The notes beneath the pieces are model-generated. The model did no database searches. It was given only the letters and a program-made list of their open reading frames with translations, and was not told where the DNA came from. DNA of 63,642 nucleotides, counting the filler, from Lenisia limosa (taxonomy: Eukaryota; Protista; Breviatea): assembly GCA_001655205.1 (NCBI GenBank). It is 11 parts of 11 records of this genome, joined end to end, with 100 filler letters (N's around TTAATTAATTAA, not from the genome) between each part and the next. Parts side by side here need not be neighbours in the genome. Positions count along the whole stretch, not along the records: positions 1 to 27,699 come from LPNZ01007914.1; 10 more parts are not named here. One strand, 5' to 3'. How positions within the stretch are numbered: position 1 is the first letter of the stretch; the number at the start of each line of letters is the position of its first letter. Shown here in pieces: positions 1-14,122 of the stretch. The translations under genes and the position numbers were made by a program.

Positions 1-3000
1 GGGGGGGGGGGGGAGTGAGGACAAAGCTCCGAATCGAATACTCTAGTATCTTATGACATCATTGAGATGAGAAATAAAACAAGGTTGTAAGATTGACAGA
101 CCTTGCGTTCTGAGTCGGGACAAACAAGGCAGGCACAGCTCGGCTCAGGAGCGGCTCCAGGAATATCGTCACCTCGTCAAGGTAGTTGTCGATCTCTGCC
201 GCCTATGCCGGTTACTGGGTCCGATAGATCGGTGTTCTATTATTGCTGACATCCCTTGGTAATTCTATATCATATCCCCAGGTATGGAAGTTAGTAGCCT
301 ACTAAGGCAGTTCCGGATACGTCGACATCATCCGGGGCTACAATATCGGGATTGGTAGCCAGACGGCTCCGAGCCAGAACGGTGCGGTTGATGCTGGCTT
401 GGAGGACCCTCATGTCGGCACGGAGCTGCAGCAGACGCACTTTATCAGCTGACATTCTCGCAATACAGAACTGCGGCGTCCTAACGAGTTACAAGTAGGG
501 CTTCACTTCGGTTCGAAAAATACCGGTAAAATGTTGATAGCTTTCGAGGATTTATCGAGAAATTCCGTCTATTATTGAACCGAAGTGAAGCCCTAGTTAC
601 AAGCAACGACAGGACTGCATACCCAAGAACAGAGGCGTAGATCCAGAGGCCGTCCATGGAGTGCTGTAACACCAGCGTTCTAACAGGACCAATGCTGGAC
701 GCGGAGCTGCGGGAGTGAATATCGGGTTAGTAACAAGCGATCACAGCGGGTTCTAGAACACAATGAGTTCAAAAAAAAAGGGCTCATCTAAAAAGGGGGT
801 GGCATAGTCTGTAGTTAAAAAATAAAAAGTGGTAAAGTGGTATTATGAACACAATTAAAAAAATAAAAAGTTAATTTTTGCAACAACAGACGTCTTTTTA
901 AAGAGACGCCCCATTTTTAGACAAGTCCAAAATGTCCCATGTACCAAAATGGCGACAGTGACACACCCTCCCTGATAAGTTGGCAGAGCTCTGAGGGGTC
1001 TGTTGGGAGGTTCCCGGCGGCGCGAACAGCAACTTCGGCTGAGTCGTCATCGGGTGTAAAATAAGTACTTGTGCACCACATTGAAACACGATAGGCTATG
1101 AACAAACCCATAAAATGTCTTAGAATGACAATGGGTGCATACATTTGACGTTGGTTCTGCCAAGACCGAGGGGGGTGGTAGCAGAGGGGCTGGAGATGCT
1201 GGCAAACGCCCGCGAGTAGTACGACATACTAAGCGGAAATGAGATAAAAGATTGTACTTATGAATCCGTCAACACCCCGGGATAAAATAGACGCGTCAAG
1301 CCTACTCGTAGCAAATGGCGTTGCTGGAAAGGGTATTGGAAGGGAGAGCGAGGGACGAAAGCTTAGGACCGTGGTTAATGTCGATATCTGAAATAGTAAA
1401 GAAACAGAGCATCAACGCGGTGCCTACTGTGGCTTGATGTTTCTTGGAGATTTCTTTGGATCTCTGACGAAACCTCTTCAACCTGAAAAATGACAACTGC
1501 CCTTCACTGCCACAAGACAACTGTCCTTCACTGTCACAAGACAACAGTCCCACCGAATGCGGGCGTGAGGCCTTGGTGATAGCCTGGAGGTGCGGCACCC
1601 AGTCAGCTGACTGTGCAATAGCAAGGTAAAAAGACGCAGCTTCGGGCACCTGCCAGGTTAGTGCTATTTGTGAAAACGTCTTGCACATTTAGCCTCTTAT
1701 TTTTCTATTTCATAAAAATACCCCTTTTAAATACAGACACTATATAATACTACTCTGTTCTTAGACGAGCCAAAACCCCTTATTGTCGTACCAAGGTGCC
1801 GTACATCTCAACGAGCTGGAACGCGGCTGCCGAGACCAAGGCAACGTTCCTAGTTGCCAAGGCCATGGTCAGGCCCTTCCACAGTGATCGGGCCGCTAAA
1901 GGATGAGGAAATCAGAAAAAATAATCAATTTAATTCATTTGCCTTTCAAAATGTTGCACGCAGCCTAGTCTAACTCCCCTCTATACCAAGGTTTTTGTAG
2001 TGTCGGACGTGTGGGGGAAGGGAGTCCGGGAATGGTGGTGGATTCTAGGGGGGTCAGAATTCAAGGGCAATGCCTTGCGCCACGCATGCAGCTGTTGGTC
2101 AATTCACCTCGAAAACAGGGGCGTACACCACTTCAGCACTGTTTTTGGCTTTTCTTGGTCGTCTGGCGGCTCTGAAGAGTGAGAACGCTCGAAGCTATGT
2201 CTAACACTCACCGTGGACTGCTTGGCTCTTCCTTAGTCGGCACTGAACCCAGCCCTGTGTCGGCACTCAGCATTGACGAGCTCCGGGCTAGTGGCTTCTG
2301 CACCCATGCCAACTCAGCAAACGTCAGCGGCTTGTTGGGGTGGTGCGAGTATGATCGGGCTTCCATTCCTCCTACAGCGTGACAACAGCATAGCGCGAGC
2401 AAACCATGGTGATGTTGTCCGGATGGGCTTGTTGGTGACGAGTCAAAAGACAATGCTTGTGCCCTAAAGAGTCAGCTTCTCAGTGTTACAGGTAGGGTTT
2501 CCTATGACCCCAGGACGCTGAATTTCTCGATAACTCCTCGATATACATTAGACCATATAAACAAGATATTCCCGGATTGAAAAGCCCAACACACCAAAGG
2601 GCCTGGCCGGTGATGACGTGTCCTGCTGCCTGGAACTCGGGACCCGGGAAATCTGCGGCCGCTGAGGATGATGCTAAAATGTTCGCTCGCACGGGGATGG
2701 CACGAGCAGAGGCCTATATCGTAATATTAATACAACATGCGGGTTCGGCGTACCTTGGCCGAAGGGTCGTCAGGAATGAGATCCAAAAGTTCCTGAAAGG
2801 TCAAACAATACCCATGTTCATCAGATCCAAAGATCGTTCTTCGCACCTGGAGGACATCGTCTTCCGAAGAAACAACTGTCCGACGGGACACTTCCAACTC
2901 ACAAAACGCCTTCAATAGCTGTGCAGTGAGCAGAGGGTTGTTTTGGGCGTATTGACAAATAAATACAAAGCTTCCAGAAAACCTTGATTTTGACAGCGAT

Positions 3001-6000
3001 TCTCTGGCTCGGCAATGACAGGGTGTTGGGGGTGGCGGGGGGACATGCAGCTGCATTGAGACCCGAAATGATCTTGTCACAGGATTTCAGCGNNNNNNNN
3101 NNAAGTGCTTCGTCCACCCTCTTGGCTCGAGACTCTTGCCTTGGGTGTGAGCAAAGAAGAAAAGCAGTGCTAAAAATTGGATTGTCTTTTTTTAGATTTT
3201 CAGTTAATTGAGACATTCAAACTCACCATTTCGCTCCCCCCCCCCCCNNNNNNNNNNNNNNNNNNNNNNNNNNNNNNNNNNNNNNNNNNNNNNNNNNNNN
3301 NNNNNNNNNNNNNNNNNNNNNNNNNNNNNNNNNNNNNNNNNNNNNNNNNNNNCAATGGTGCCGTCACCGTTCTAGATGGGTCATAAAAAAACTGCCAAAG
3401 AAGGCGCAGTATACCAAATATGCCCGAAACTCTCGAGAAACCCTTAATGAAATCCCCGAGGTCAAGTGGGCTTATTTTGGACCGAAGTTAACCTTCTAAA
3501 CACCCCTCCTGCCTTTGAAGGGGGCGGAGACAGGGTCACCAATGCGTGAGCCAAGTCATATCGAGCCAAACTTTGTGCTGGAGGTGAGACAACAACAGGG
3601 ACCTACCATAAGCCTCGTCATTGGGAAGAACCTTGATGGCTCTTCGGAAGGAGTCCAGACAAGAAGTCACAATCTACAGCATTAGGCACCGCGTTAGCTG
3701 GTCCAACCTCGATGTATGATTCCGGGTCTGTTGTTGCCGGCGCCGCCTGGAGTCGCGCACTGCCACGTGCTTGTAAGGCTCGAGCCTGCAAGGGTAAACT
3801 TAGTATGGTATTTTGCGAACCATACCTGTGCCACTGCCGCCTGACTAGCGAGGTTCGGCATTTGCTGCTCAACTTCAACAAAAGCTGCAGGGTTAATCCT
3901 AGTTTATATGGGTTTTATCAATCTCAGGATTATGACAACTCGTATTTCCGAAGACAAGAAAAACCCCGATTCGACCCCCCCCCCACTTTGGGAGCTCTGG
4001 AGCAAAAGAGCTGAGGCCGGACCAGGCTGGTTTGACGCCACCAAATAGCATGCGGAAGCCTCGACACTTGAGGCCCACCTGAAGGTCATTTCAATAATGG
4101 AACACCACCTTCCAGCTAAATACAAGCAAGAATCTGGCCGAAGCCAGATGTATGAGTAAAAATAATAATAAAAAGAAATCGCAGCATTTCCTCTTGTCAT
4201 CAGAACTAGAAGACTGGTATGATACACATAATACATAATAATAGGAGACGTGAGATGCTTCAGTACCCCCCCCCCCCCNNNNNNNNNNNNNNNNNNNNNN
4301 NNNNNNNNNNNNNNNNNNNNNNNNNNNNNNNNNNNNNNNNNNNNNNNNNNNNNNNNNNCAAAAGCCTTGAGCGGCTCACCCCGTGCATACAGACAATGCG
4401 CCATCACCCTCCTGCTCAGACTCAAAGTCTCGCCATCATGGCATGCTCTGGAGGGTTAAATTGAGGATCTGACTTACTGTGACGCAATTGCCGCGAGATC
4501 AGCCCGTGAATAGGCCTCAGTGAAGAGTCCAAGTTTGGTCAGACACACGGCCTGCCACGACCACTGTCGGAATGGGCCGTTCATCACATTGTCGATCTCC
4601 ATCTACATGGTCAACTCCAACACTTAGGAAAAAAGAAACCTTTAGAAGAGTTCATACACCAACTCCAATCGCTGCAGAGTACCATGCATGTTTGATCCCT
4701 TAGCATTATCGTATCCCAGGATTTATTGTTCTCAAACGCACTTCAGCCGCGCTCTGTCGGAGCTCGTCGCTGACATGGACTTCCTCGAGAGTGAACATGT
4801 CAAGTGGCTGTTCGGGCACCTTGCGTTCCTTTGAGGCTGAACACATAAGGGGGGTTCAGAAACACAGCCAGGCTGCCATATGATTGGAAGATCACAACGA
4901 TTAAAAATTGCACCCAAATGCGCTATTTCTTACGTTTTTCCTGGGGCTGCAGGGCAACAGCATGGCGCAACGAGGCCCAACGCAACCGTGAAGTGAGGTG
5001 GGCGTCCGGGGTGGACGTCTGGTGGTGAGAAAAAGTGGGCAGAGTTGCTGTTCCATGTTTGGCACCATCTTACCACTTGAGCGAAGAGGACAGAGAGAGA
5101 TGCAACGGGGAGGGAATGCAAATGGAGGCCTGAGATATGAAGCCAGTGTATCGAATGAACTAGCCGCCAACACTATCACGTTTATAATGTTGTACGATAT
5201 TATGCCCCTGAGCCAACCAGCCGAGCAGAGACAATCGACACAGTCCGCAAGGGCTTGCAGAGTGATCAATGGTCGCTTCAAGCATGAGGGGTGGATCGTC
5301 ATATCGGAGGCGTTTTCAGCCATAATCTGGATCATCAATTCAGGGCATCAATGCAATACTACTGATTTCAGCTTGAAAAGGCCCAATAAAACAATGAAAT
5401 TTTTCATCACAAGAAATGCACGCTTTTCTTACCACTATGAAGTCTTCACTTGGTGTCCAAGAGAGCCATTGGTGCAGCTCGCCCGGGGTGACAAAAGCTT
5501 TTGACGATTGCAACTAAACCGTGGTCAACTGGAAAGAAAGGGCTCGGGGAGGCTAAAATGAGATATGAGAGATCGCCCCCAACCACCTCAGAGAACCACG
5601 AACTGCAGGACCTAACCATTGCCCAACAGCACAAAACTAAACGAACGTCCCCGTTATCCCTATCCCTACTCCCCACTGCTCTCAGTCAGTAAACTGTATA
5701 ACTTGTGAACTCCCTCCAACTTGAACCAGGTCATTGCTTGAGGCTTTGGGGGTGCGCGGCGTTTGGGCTTTGGCTGCCTACAGGCGTTATTCAAATCTCT
5801 GCTCATCATATTAACACCCCCGATCAGTCTTTGGGTAAAATACTGACCCGCCCCCACCATGGCCTTCAGAGCCGAGGCAGCGTCGGTACAGGTAGTCCAG
5901 ATCCGGCCGCAGTAGTACGCCGCCACGAGGGCTGATTCAATGGCTTTCTCAGCTGTAGAGGCAACCTGGGGTGGTGATGATACTGCACAAACAGAAGCAT

Positions 6001-9000
6001 CAGATCATAGTTCCAGCAAACAAGACGATAGCCGAGCCAAGGTATTCAAACATGCATCGCACTTCCTGTGACACAAAAGATGATTACTCCTTACCTTGAC
6101 TAGGATACTGTAGATATGAACAAGGGCTGCCATTTGGTCGATACTGAGCACATCAACGTCTTCTTCCTCAGGACTATGGGGTTAAAGACTGTTGTCAAAA
6201 GTACCCAAATCCCCATTCATGGTTTTATCTTCTAACCCATATACTAATAACAGAAAGATGCACATAGCAATGTTACACAAGAGGAGTATGAAAGACTATA
6301 TCGACCCACTCTTCCTTCTGCTTAGCAACTCTTCTCCTAGGCCTGGACACAACGGATCGCTTGGACAAAGACCTGTATCGTAAATCGGACATCATTACTA
6401 CTACATGGACAATATGATGCGTCAAAAAGACTGATTGACCCAAATGAGAATATGAGATTAGAAATAAAAATATGTTGTATCTGGCAGAAGCCGTCCACAC
6501 ATCACGATTATAAGAGATGTTGGATGACAGTAAAAAAAACCCCCCAATCATTTGCCTTATAACTCTGCACACAGCTTTCTGCGTACCTCTACTTCTGTAT
6601 GCATATGTATAATGCCGAATTGATATTCCCTCCATCTCTGTCCACTTTCCATGCATTGGATGAAAACCCACTTTTTAGAAGGCGTTTGCGCCAAGCTTCC
6701 TTGCGTAGCGTTCTTGACTGTCGCCCTAGCACGGGCCATGGAGTTCTGCGACCACACTGCTGACGACTTTCCGCTTCCGCTTCCGGAGGTGAGTCTGAAC
6801 GTGCTGGCGAACGCGGCGTCTTCGGTTGTTGCATCTGAAATGCGGTGAAAATACTTAATTCCTTATTCCATCTCTAAGAATTATTTCATGGTAGCTATTA
6901 AGACAAAAAGCGTGGCCAACCTCCTCCCAATAGTCCGTCCACTGCAGTTTCCAACTGGTCCTCAACATCAGCGGTGCTGAACCCTGGAACATTACACCGG
7001 CATCACTTCTCAAACCATTTTCAAAGAGCCACTCAGCGAACTCCACCAGAGGCTCGGCCCTATCGAAGGGCATGTCCTCGATGCTGGAAATCGCCTTGCG
7101 CCACGCATGCAGCTGCTGCAAAGGGTCGGATGAGGCCCGAGCAAGGCCGCCGTAGACCCTGGCCTGGGTCCGGCCGTCGTCCAGGGCGTTGACTTTAATG
7201 AGGTCGGCCTCCACCGCTTTGCCTTCCCGCGCTGCTACCACGGTTCGAACCTGACCGTCATTGCTATTGTGTTTCCAAGGCTTCATAGAAAATACCAAAG
7301 TTCTCGAATAATCCTTGAGCATCCCCCCCCCCCCCCCCCCNNNNNNNNNNNNNNNNNNNNNNNNNNNNNNNNNNNNNNNNNNNNNNNNNNNNNNNNNNNN
7401 NNNNNNNNNNNNNNNNNNNNNNNNNNNNNNNCTTGAAGATAGCTCCAGCGCGTCACTGTCCCTCTGGAGATCCGCCAAGCCAATGCAAGCAGCAACTGTG
7501 AGAGACAACTGTGCTGGTCAGACCCTTTTATCCAACAACCCAAATATCTCACCTGTACCGACGGCATCAGCGTGACATTGTTCTACAAAGTCAAACAGGC
7601 TCTTGGATAAGACACATACCTGGAGACTATGCACGAGTTTGTAGATAGTCGGTGCCACCAACGCCCGCGTCCGGACACTCTGAAGAAGTGGACTCAGCGA
7701 AAGCCTGAAGACGGTGAGGTCATTTGACACAATAGATCGGAAGGTATCCCCCAACGACTGGCCTGGCTTTGTTTGTTTTGTTGNNNNNNNNNNNNNNNNN
7801 NNNNNNNNNNNNNNNNNNNNNNNNNNNNAACCAGTCCATGCAGAGGTCACCCACCAAGCCTCCCGCGCGGCGCGTGCAGCCAAAAGATCGTGCTTCGCTT
7901 CCACCGCAAACTGATCATTAGATCTCAAAAAGCCAAAACAGAAGTCTCGTGAATATGATACATATGTAGGAACAGGGATATGAAAAGGAGCAATCATGAT
8001 GAGACTACAAGAAGGCTAAATAAAGTAACATTCAAGACCCGTACCTGAGCACAGAAGGCGAAGGCCGAAAGAGCTGAGTTTAGTCCGTTCTCCTTAGTCA
8101 GGCGAACTGCGCTGTTCAATGCTAAAGTCGTTAAATTGTCACGTTAAATCCACATCAAGAAGGCCGAGGCTCACCTTCGCCGGCAAGGCTCTCACCATAC
8201 GCCATGAGTGCCAGCGCCCACCAGCCAACCATCCGCGGCCTGGCTGCAGATATCGCAGTCAGCGTTTCTGGAGGGTCAGGAAGGACATTACATTATCGTA
8301 TGATTGTTACCAAGTTCTGGCAAAAAATATCAATTACACCAAGTCAAGAAAGCCTACCAGCCGAGTGGGCATCCATCGTGGAGATAGATGACCTTGCCGA
8401 AAGCGCCTCTTCGGTCTGGCTCTGGAGACGGTGACAAACCATAAACAAAATTCGGAAGTCGCAAAACAATGAACTCGTTTTAATAATATTACTAAGAAAC
8501 TGTTCCATTGGATATGATGACAATTGCCAGAGTAATAGCGTACCTGTTTGCGCCGCCCTGTGCCTTGGCGCGAATGTGGCCTGTTCTGGGCGGTTGGCGG
8601 TCGTGAGATGCTCCCGGCCCGGACAAGGTGACGGGGGCTTGGATTGGCTGGCGGTGCGCGGGGTGTGGCACCTACGCCTCGTCAACTTGGAACAAATGCA
8701 AAGGGGTTACACTAAGGTCCCTTTATCGATATGCCTATGAGATCAAACCTGAGTTGGGTTCCTCCAAGGACGGCAAGTCAATTTGTGCGTACATTATGGT
8801 TCTTCTTACGCATCGAGCTATGGAATCATTCCTTCAATACAAGGGAAGGGGTATCAATAATGAAGCCGTCCCTCCATGTTTATCAAGGATTTCGTTTCAA
8901 CAGCACGAATACAATATGGTGAAGTGAACAAGCCTCCAATCACCCACCAGTTAACATTGGCTCATTGCACATGAGGGCGGCTCTCGTGGCTCGGGCCCAA

Positions 9001-12000
9001 AGCTCGGNNNNNNNNNNNNNNNNNNNNNNNNNNNNNNNNNNNNNNNNNNNNNNNNNNNNNNNNNNNNNNNNNNNNNNNNNNNNNNNNNNNNNNNNNNNNN
9101 NNNNNNNNNNNNNNNNGAAAAAAAAAAGGTGCGGGTTACCTTGGTACTCAGAGACGGTGGCGTTTTGTCCTTCTCCACAGGCAGTCTATGCGGCTAAAGA
9201 GTCAATCACCAATGTCAGGATGGCAGCTTACATGAACTTCCTGCTCAGTGATTCCAAGGACTGAGAGGGTCTTGAGAAGGTGGTCAAGCCTCTCGTTTGG
9301 AGGGCTCATATCAAGGCAATTAAGGTGGAACAGCGCCTGAATTGTTAACCATGCCTAGCCCCAGAATCCATAATAGAATTGAGCCGAGCAGCGAACCTGA
9401 ACGTCTCTCGGGATCGAGGGGTCTTTGAAGATCTCCTTGTGTCCTCCTATCAGGCCCAGGGTGGCAACAACTGAAATGGTGAGACAATGCTGCTGGAGAA
9501 GGACATATGACGCCACCCACGGGGTCTTCTGTCAATCGGGGCTCCAAACTGAAGTCCCAAACGACAAACGTCTTCTGCTGACTCCGCGTCCAAGCTCTGT
9601 GATAATCAGTATTGTCGAATTGGAATCCCAAACATAAAATATATAGTATATCCGAAAAAGCAAATACAAAACGCAAATATAAAAAAACACCTCAAACTTT
9701 TAAAACAGCTTCAGTAGACCTGTCCTTCTTTTTCTCTTTTTTCTTTCGCTTTTTCTCGCCCATGGAGGCCGAAAGATCTTCATCCATCACAATAGGTTCC
9801 TTCTCTTTTGGTTCCTTTTCCTTCGGTTGCTGCGACAGTCAACTCGCCAAAGAATAGGAAAAGCAATCCCGTCACGAACCTTCGAGGACGATGAAGAGGC
9901 TGAGAGGAGGTCTTCTGGAACATGTAGTAACGGGAGAACCGTTTTCTGCTCAGCCGACTGAAACATAAAACCAACCAGTCGACTTACCATTTTCTGCCTG
10001 ATGATCAGAGCATTTGCAAGGGCATCAGCCATGGAGACGACAACACGGCCCGCTTCAGCTGACGTATTGCCAGGGTTCAGGTGGGCCATACAGCGCCAGC
10101 AATGCAACAGTCTGTGTTGTCAATGAGTCTGTTTGTTGTCATGCTCAGGTATCAATCATTATCCCCTCAAACGAGTCAATAGCAAGATGGTTATTTTCTG
10201 CTTCAAACAGGGGTCGCAAAGAGTTCATGAGAATGGCGCCTGAAGAGTAAAGCAAACGAGTGAGTAAAGCAGGTCACACGAGTGAATAAAGCAAAGTACA
10301 TTGGTGAACCGAGCAAGCCCACCTCCAGACAGGACCAGCCAGTCAGCGTCAAGGCTAGCCGCTTGACTGAGACCATTGCGCACCGACGCCAAAAGACGCA
10401 CGTGACACTTGATCACTGCGTGTGAGATCCTACCAATGCCCAATACATAAACACGCAAACATAGTATGGACTCAATAAATATCAATTGTCATGACGAACG
10501 TGTGACACCAGGGTATAACGATTGCAAGCATACCCCATGAATGCCACTCCTTGGCTTCGTTAGTGTTCACCTCCGACTCTTCAACTAGATCACCAATCTC
10601 AACTGTCCCAACCTGTAAGGGTAAGGCCAAGCCTTCACCATCATGTTTCAACAAGAATACACCAAACTAACCGAAACGTTTTCTCTCTCCAACTCCATGA
10701 TCCATGATTGCGCATTCAAGAGATGCGCCTCAGCCTTGAAGATAAGACCGCCGACCAAGCCTTGAATCCTACCTGGAGGAGACAAATATCTCTGCCAGTG
10801 GACTTGGACCAGTGTTCAGCATGCAGCCTTGATGACGCCGCTCTCATTGTTACTAAGTCACCGACCGTCCAGGCTTCTGTACATATCTCTGAGTACAGCA
10901 ACGCACTAAAGCATGAAACAGTAAACAGAAGACCAAAGCAGTGACTAAGAACCTACCGTCGTCTCGTCAACATGGCCGCTTCAGCCGCAGCGGCACTGTC
11001 AGCGGCGTCCACGCGGAGATCCAACTCTTGAAGAGCTCGTTGAAGCAATGACGTCTGGAGGGTCAGACGTTTCACAGTATATGATCAAGCCCTGCAGATA
11101 CCGAACAAACCTTGAGGTGCATGTCCTTAGCGTCTTTTGCTTGTGAGACTTGGAGCACTGCAGTGTCTTCCGAACTGTTTGGTAATGGTTAAGGTCCGTG
11201 GGCCTACTATCGTGGCTTTTGGTAGAGCGCAGTCATGAGAGCTAATCTGTCGTGAAGCGGTCTGGAGGCCATTAACAATGGTACTACTTTGACAACATAA
11301 CATACTGATAAATATTGTGTAACCCAATAGAAGATATCAGCTACCTTAGTAAGTGGATCATTTTGCTTTCAGAGTCCAGAGTCAATGCATGTGACGTCTC
11401 TTTGAGGGCGCGCGCCAACATGTCCACATCAACCTTATGCATTAACCATGCCCACATCAACCTAATGCATCAGCCATGCCCACATCAACCTAATGCATTA
11501 ATCATGCCTACATTAACCTAATATGTCCACGTTACCCTTGGATAACACCCGCGCTTCGCTTCTCAACACAATGCTTATCTCGTGGTCGTTCCTACCTGGC
11601 AAAGTGCCGACTCGTAATGGGCCGTGATCCTGAAGGAGTGCATTGAGGACTTAATACGCTCCAGAGCCTCAGCAACTGTCGACACCATCCGTGCAATACT
11701 GGATCTATGCTGGCTCTAATGGCGTCAATCATGGCAAACAGTCAGGATAAACAATATTCGAAGTCAAGCGGTCACTGACCTGCAGGAGAGGTAGGCAAAG
11801 ATTCCAGCCAAGAATTGCGAGGTCATGCGTCAGACTCGGTTCAAACATTCGAAGCGACTGTAACGTTAGAATACGCCCAGTACAACCTACAGTAACCAGG
11901 GACTTCTCAACCGTTTTGATAGCAGCGAGCCGAGTGGCTATAAAGCCTTGATCGAGGGAGATTTCCTGGTTGAGCGGCGACGTAAGCGCGGCGGTCAGGG

Positions 12001-13870
12001 CCTCCATACGCACGCGCGCAGTGGGGTCGCGTGTCTGCTTCATGCTGTGCAGTCAGTAGTACTTCTCAACTGTCACAAAATAAACCCTCGATAGTTCTGA
12101 ATATTGTATAATAATTCGGTTTAATTACGATTAAGTCCGAAAGACCATGACATACTCTTGAAGAATCTCCTGACAAAGCCCATAAAGAGACCACCCGTAA
12201 CATATCCACGCCGTTTCGGCCAAAAGGGAGTCCTGCAGCGTTAACACAAATCATAAAGTAATATGCGCAGTGTGTCAAAGTCCTACCCGAAACTCCTTCG
12301 TAATTTTAGCCTGCATGATGGCGTTGCGCGTGTCTTGGCCCTCCTGTGCTCTTTTGGACTCATCTGAGGTGGAACTGAAACGTCAGAGAAGATGAAACCT
12401 CCGTAAAATGGAATCAAATCCAATAGTCTCTGCCACCAACGAGTAGAAGAGCTGGAGGGCACAGATTGGTTTGAGTTCAGGTGCCGAGGCCGACTCAGCC
12501 CTGATTCTTGCTACAGAGTCTGCACGGTTCGTTGACCTTCAATGTCAGAAAAATAACGTCACGATGGGTTGATTAAACATTCTAAATAGACCGAGTAGCC
12601 TTGGCTCCCCACTTTGCAGCGATATGTACCCTCAGTCGATAGAGGTTGAGGCGAAGCTCTGGCGCCGTCTTCAGTGCAAGGTCCCATGCGGATGACGCAA
12701 CCTTGGCGGCCGCATCAAACTGTCCGCAGTCAGCATGGCACCTTGCAAGGAACATGTAGAGATGGGACTGCCAAGCTAGGTGGTGAGACTCGCCATGGGC
12801 CCTACCCTGATTGTGCGAGGGCGACACACCCGCGTTTTCAACTTCCTGCGCAACGGCGAGAGCTGAAGGCAGGAGCAGCGAGCTGCTTCCGTCCTGGAAG
12901 GTGAAACGAACAGAGTAGAGTACTGTTTCGCCCCATGCAAACCCGTGTGAGGTTCTGAACGAGTGACACGTAGGTCTCAGCGCAGTCATAGATCAGTGCC
13001 GGGATGCTGAACAAGTCACTAAAGTCATGGGAACTTACTTGAGGTACTTGACCGCATTTATAGCTGTTAGGACCTCCTGCACTCCGTCCATGAAAATGGT
13101 GATGGACATCTGGATGTGTCAAGAGAAGCAAAGTCCTGAGTAAGGTAAACAATTCAATCTCCAAAAAGAGTCAATATAAACGACACTTATCCCTCCTTGC
13201 AGTACACTTATCCCTCCTAGCAGTATCTATCCTCTCTTGCCCACCATTCCTTCGGCCTCCAGGGCTTGCTGGCCCTTGAGTGCCGCCTTCATCAGATGGT
13301 GCCGACATGAAAGCTGATGGGTCAATGTGCACATTACACATGACGCTTCCCACCTCTCCTTTTGGCAACACTATCTCCTCCATGAGATTAACAACTTCTT
13401 GGACCAGGGTAATCATTTCCGCCTACACGTTGAGTCTTGGCCATCCTGATTCCCAACTGCCAGAGGAAACAGTTTTCTCTATCAGAAGCAACCAAAGTTT
13501 TCAGAAAAAACCCAAGAACATATAATTTTATTCCAACTGTTTTAAAATACAACACTTTTTACACAAACGTTTGCAGTGTTGAAATTTTGAGAATTGCTTT
13601 TCGTATTTTTGTGTTTGGGCCTACCTTCAAGGCACATTCTCCAAAAAGTAGGAATATTTCGGGAGCAACTTGTTCTGTCTAAAATCAAGTAAAAGAGCAA
13701 AGAAGGTAGACGAAAGGTAGGCAAAGGAAGACAATAAAAGCCCAACAGTATTTTCAAGTAAGAAAACCAACTTTCTTCCATTTACAAATATGAATCCAAG
13801 CTTCAGAGACATGTGAGGGCTCAAGAGAGGTTGCAGCCCTGTCAATAAGGTTTTGGGCAGTTACCTCCAT
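1..13870 (-). CDS. CFAP46: Cilia- and flagella-associated protein 46 (central pair C1d; TTC40/FAP46), multi-exon, 3' end runs off the window
   Basis: Spliced exons read MEVTAQNLIDRAATSLEPSHVSEAWIHI / TEQVAPEIFLLFGECALK / AEMITLVQEVVNLMEEIVLPKGE / LSCRHHLMKAAL / IPALIYDCAETYVSL / WQSHLYMFLARCHADCG / GWNLCLPLLQ / EPLVEFAEWLFENG / LVLQHSMDGLWIY. These are colinear with recalled CFAP46 motifs (SPDLFVLCAEQALK, FLGRAHLC, WRAELM, WNTCLPLLQ, EYLMEFGQWL). ATG at 13870-13868. Not every exon was resolved. Confidence 0.85.
496..595. mobile_element. hAT-type MITE (family A), 100 bp, in a CFAP46 intron
   Basis: Perfect 19-bp TIR TAGGGCTTCACTTCGGTTC...GAACCGAAGTGAAGCCCTA; perfect 8-bp TSD GTTACAAG (488-495, 596-603). 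Confidence 0.9.
6455..6590 (+). repeat. Dispersed repeat family B (AT-rich head + AAATAAAAACAAGGTTGTATCTGGCCGAAGCCGTCC...)
   Basis: Similar blocks at ~62-90, 25140-25270, 44395-44460, 49030-49090, 49660-49790 (reverse) and 59385-59423; shared downstream block CCCAATCATTTGCC.TA.AACTCT..GCACA. Confidence 0.75.
11434..11535 (-). repeat. Three 28-bp tandem units plus an 18-bp remnant, duplicating a CFAP46 splice acceptor
   Basis: Minus-strand units GTT(G/A)ATGT(G/A)GGCATG..(A/G)ATGCAT(T/A)AG. Confidence 0.9.
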
Positions 13871-14122
13871 TGCGAACACCACGCTCTATACACGCCAAAC
13901 CTTATTAATTATACATAAAAACCCTTACACAAACAAATATGGTGAAAATTGGAGGAAAAAAGGCAGACTTAACAATTTCGATACCTTTCACTTTCGCTCG
14001 AGATAACTGCATTTTTGCAATTTTGCAAATGAACAAAAAACGCTACATATTCTTTTGAATTCTTTTATTTTATTATCAAGTAAAAAGTCGAGCCAGATTA
14101 GATCTTTTAGTTATTCACAAAA

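Noticed and set aside
10708-10944. Plus-strand ORF resembling a small heat-shock (alpha-crystallin) domain: TWRRQISLPVDLDQCSACSLDDAALIVTK
   Set aside because: It is antisense to a CFAP46 exon (LYSEICTEAWTVGDLVTMRAAS...) that fits the family order and has proper splice sites; most likely a shadow ORF.
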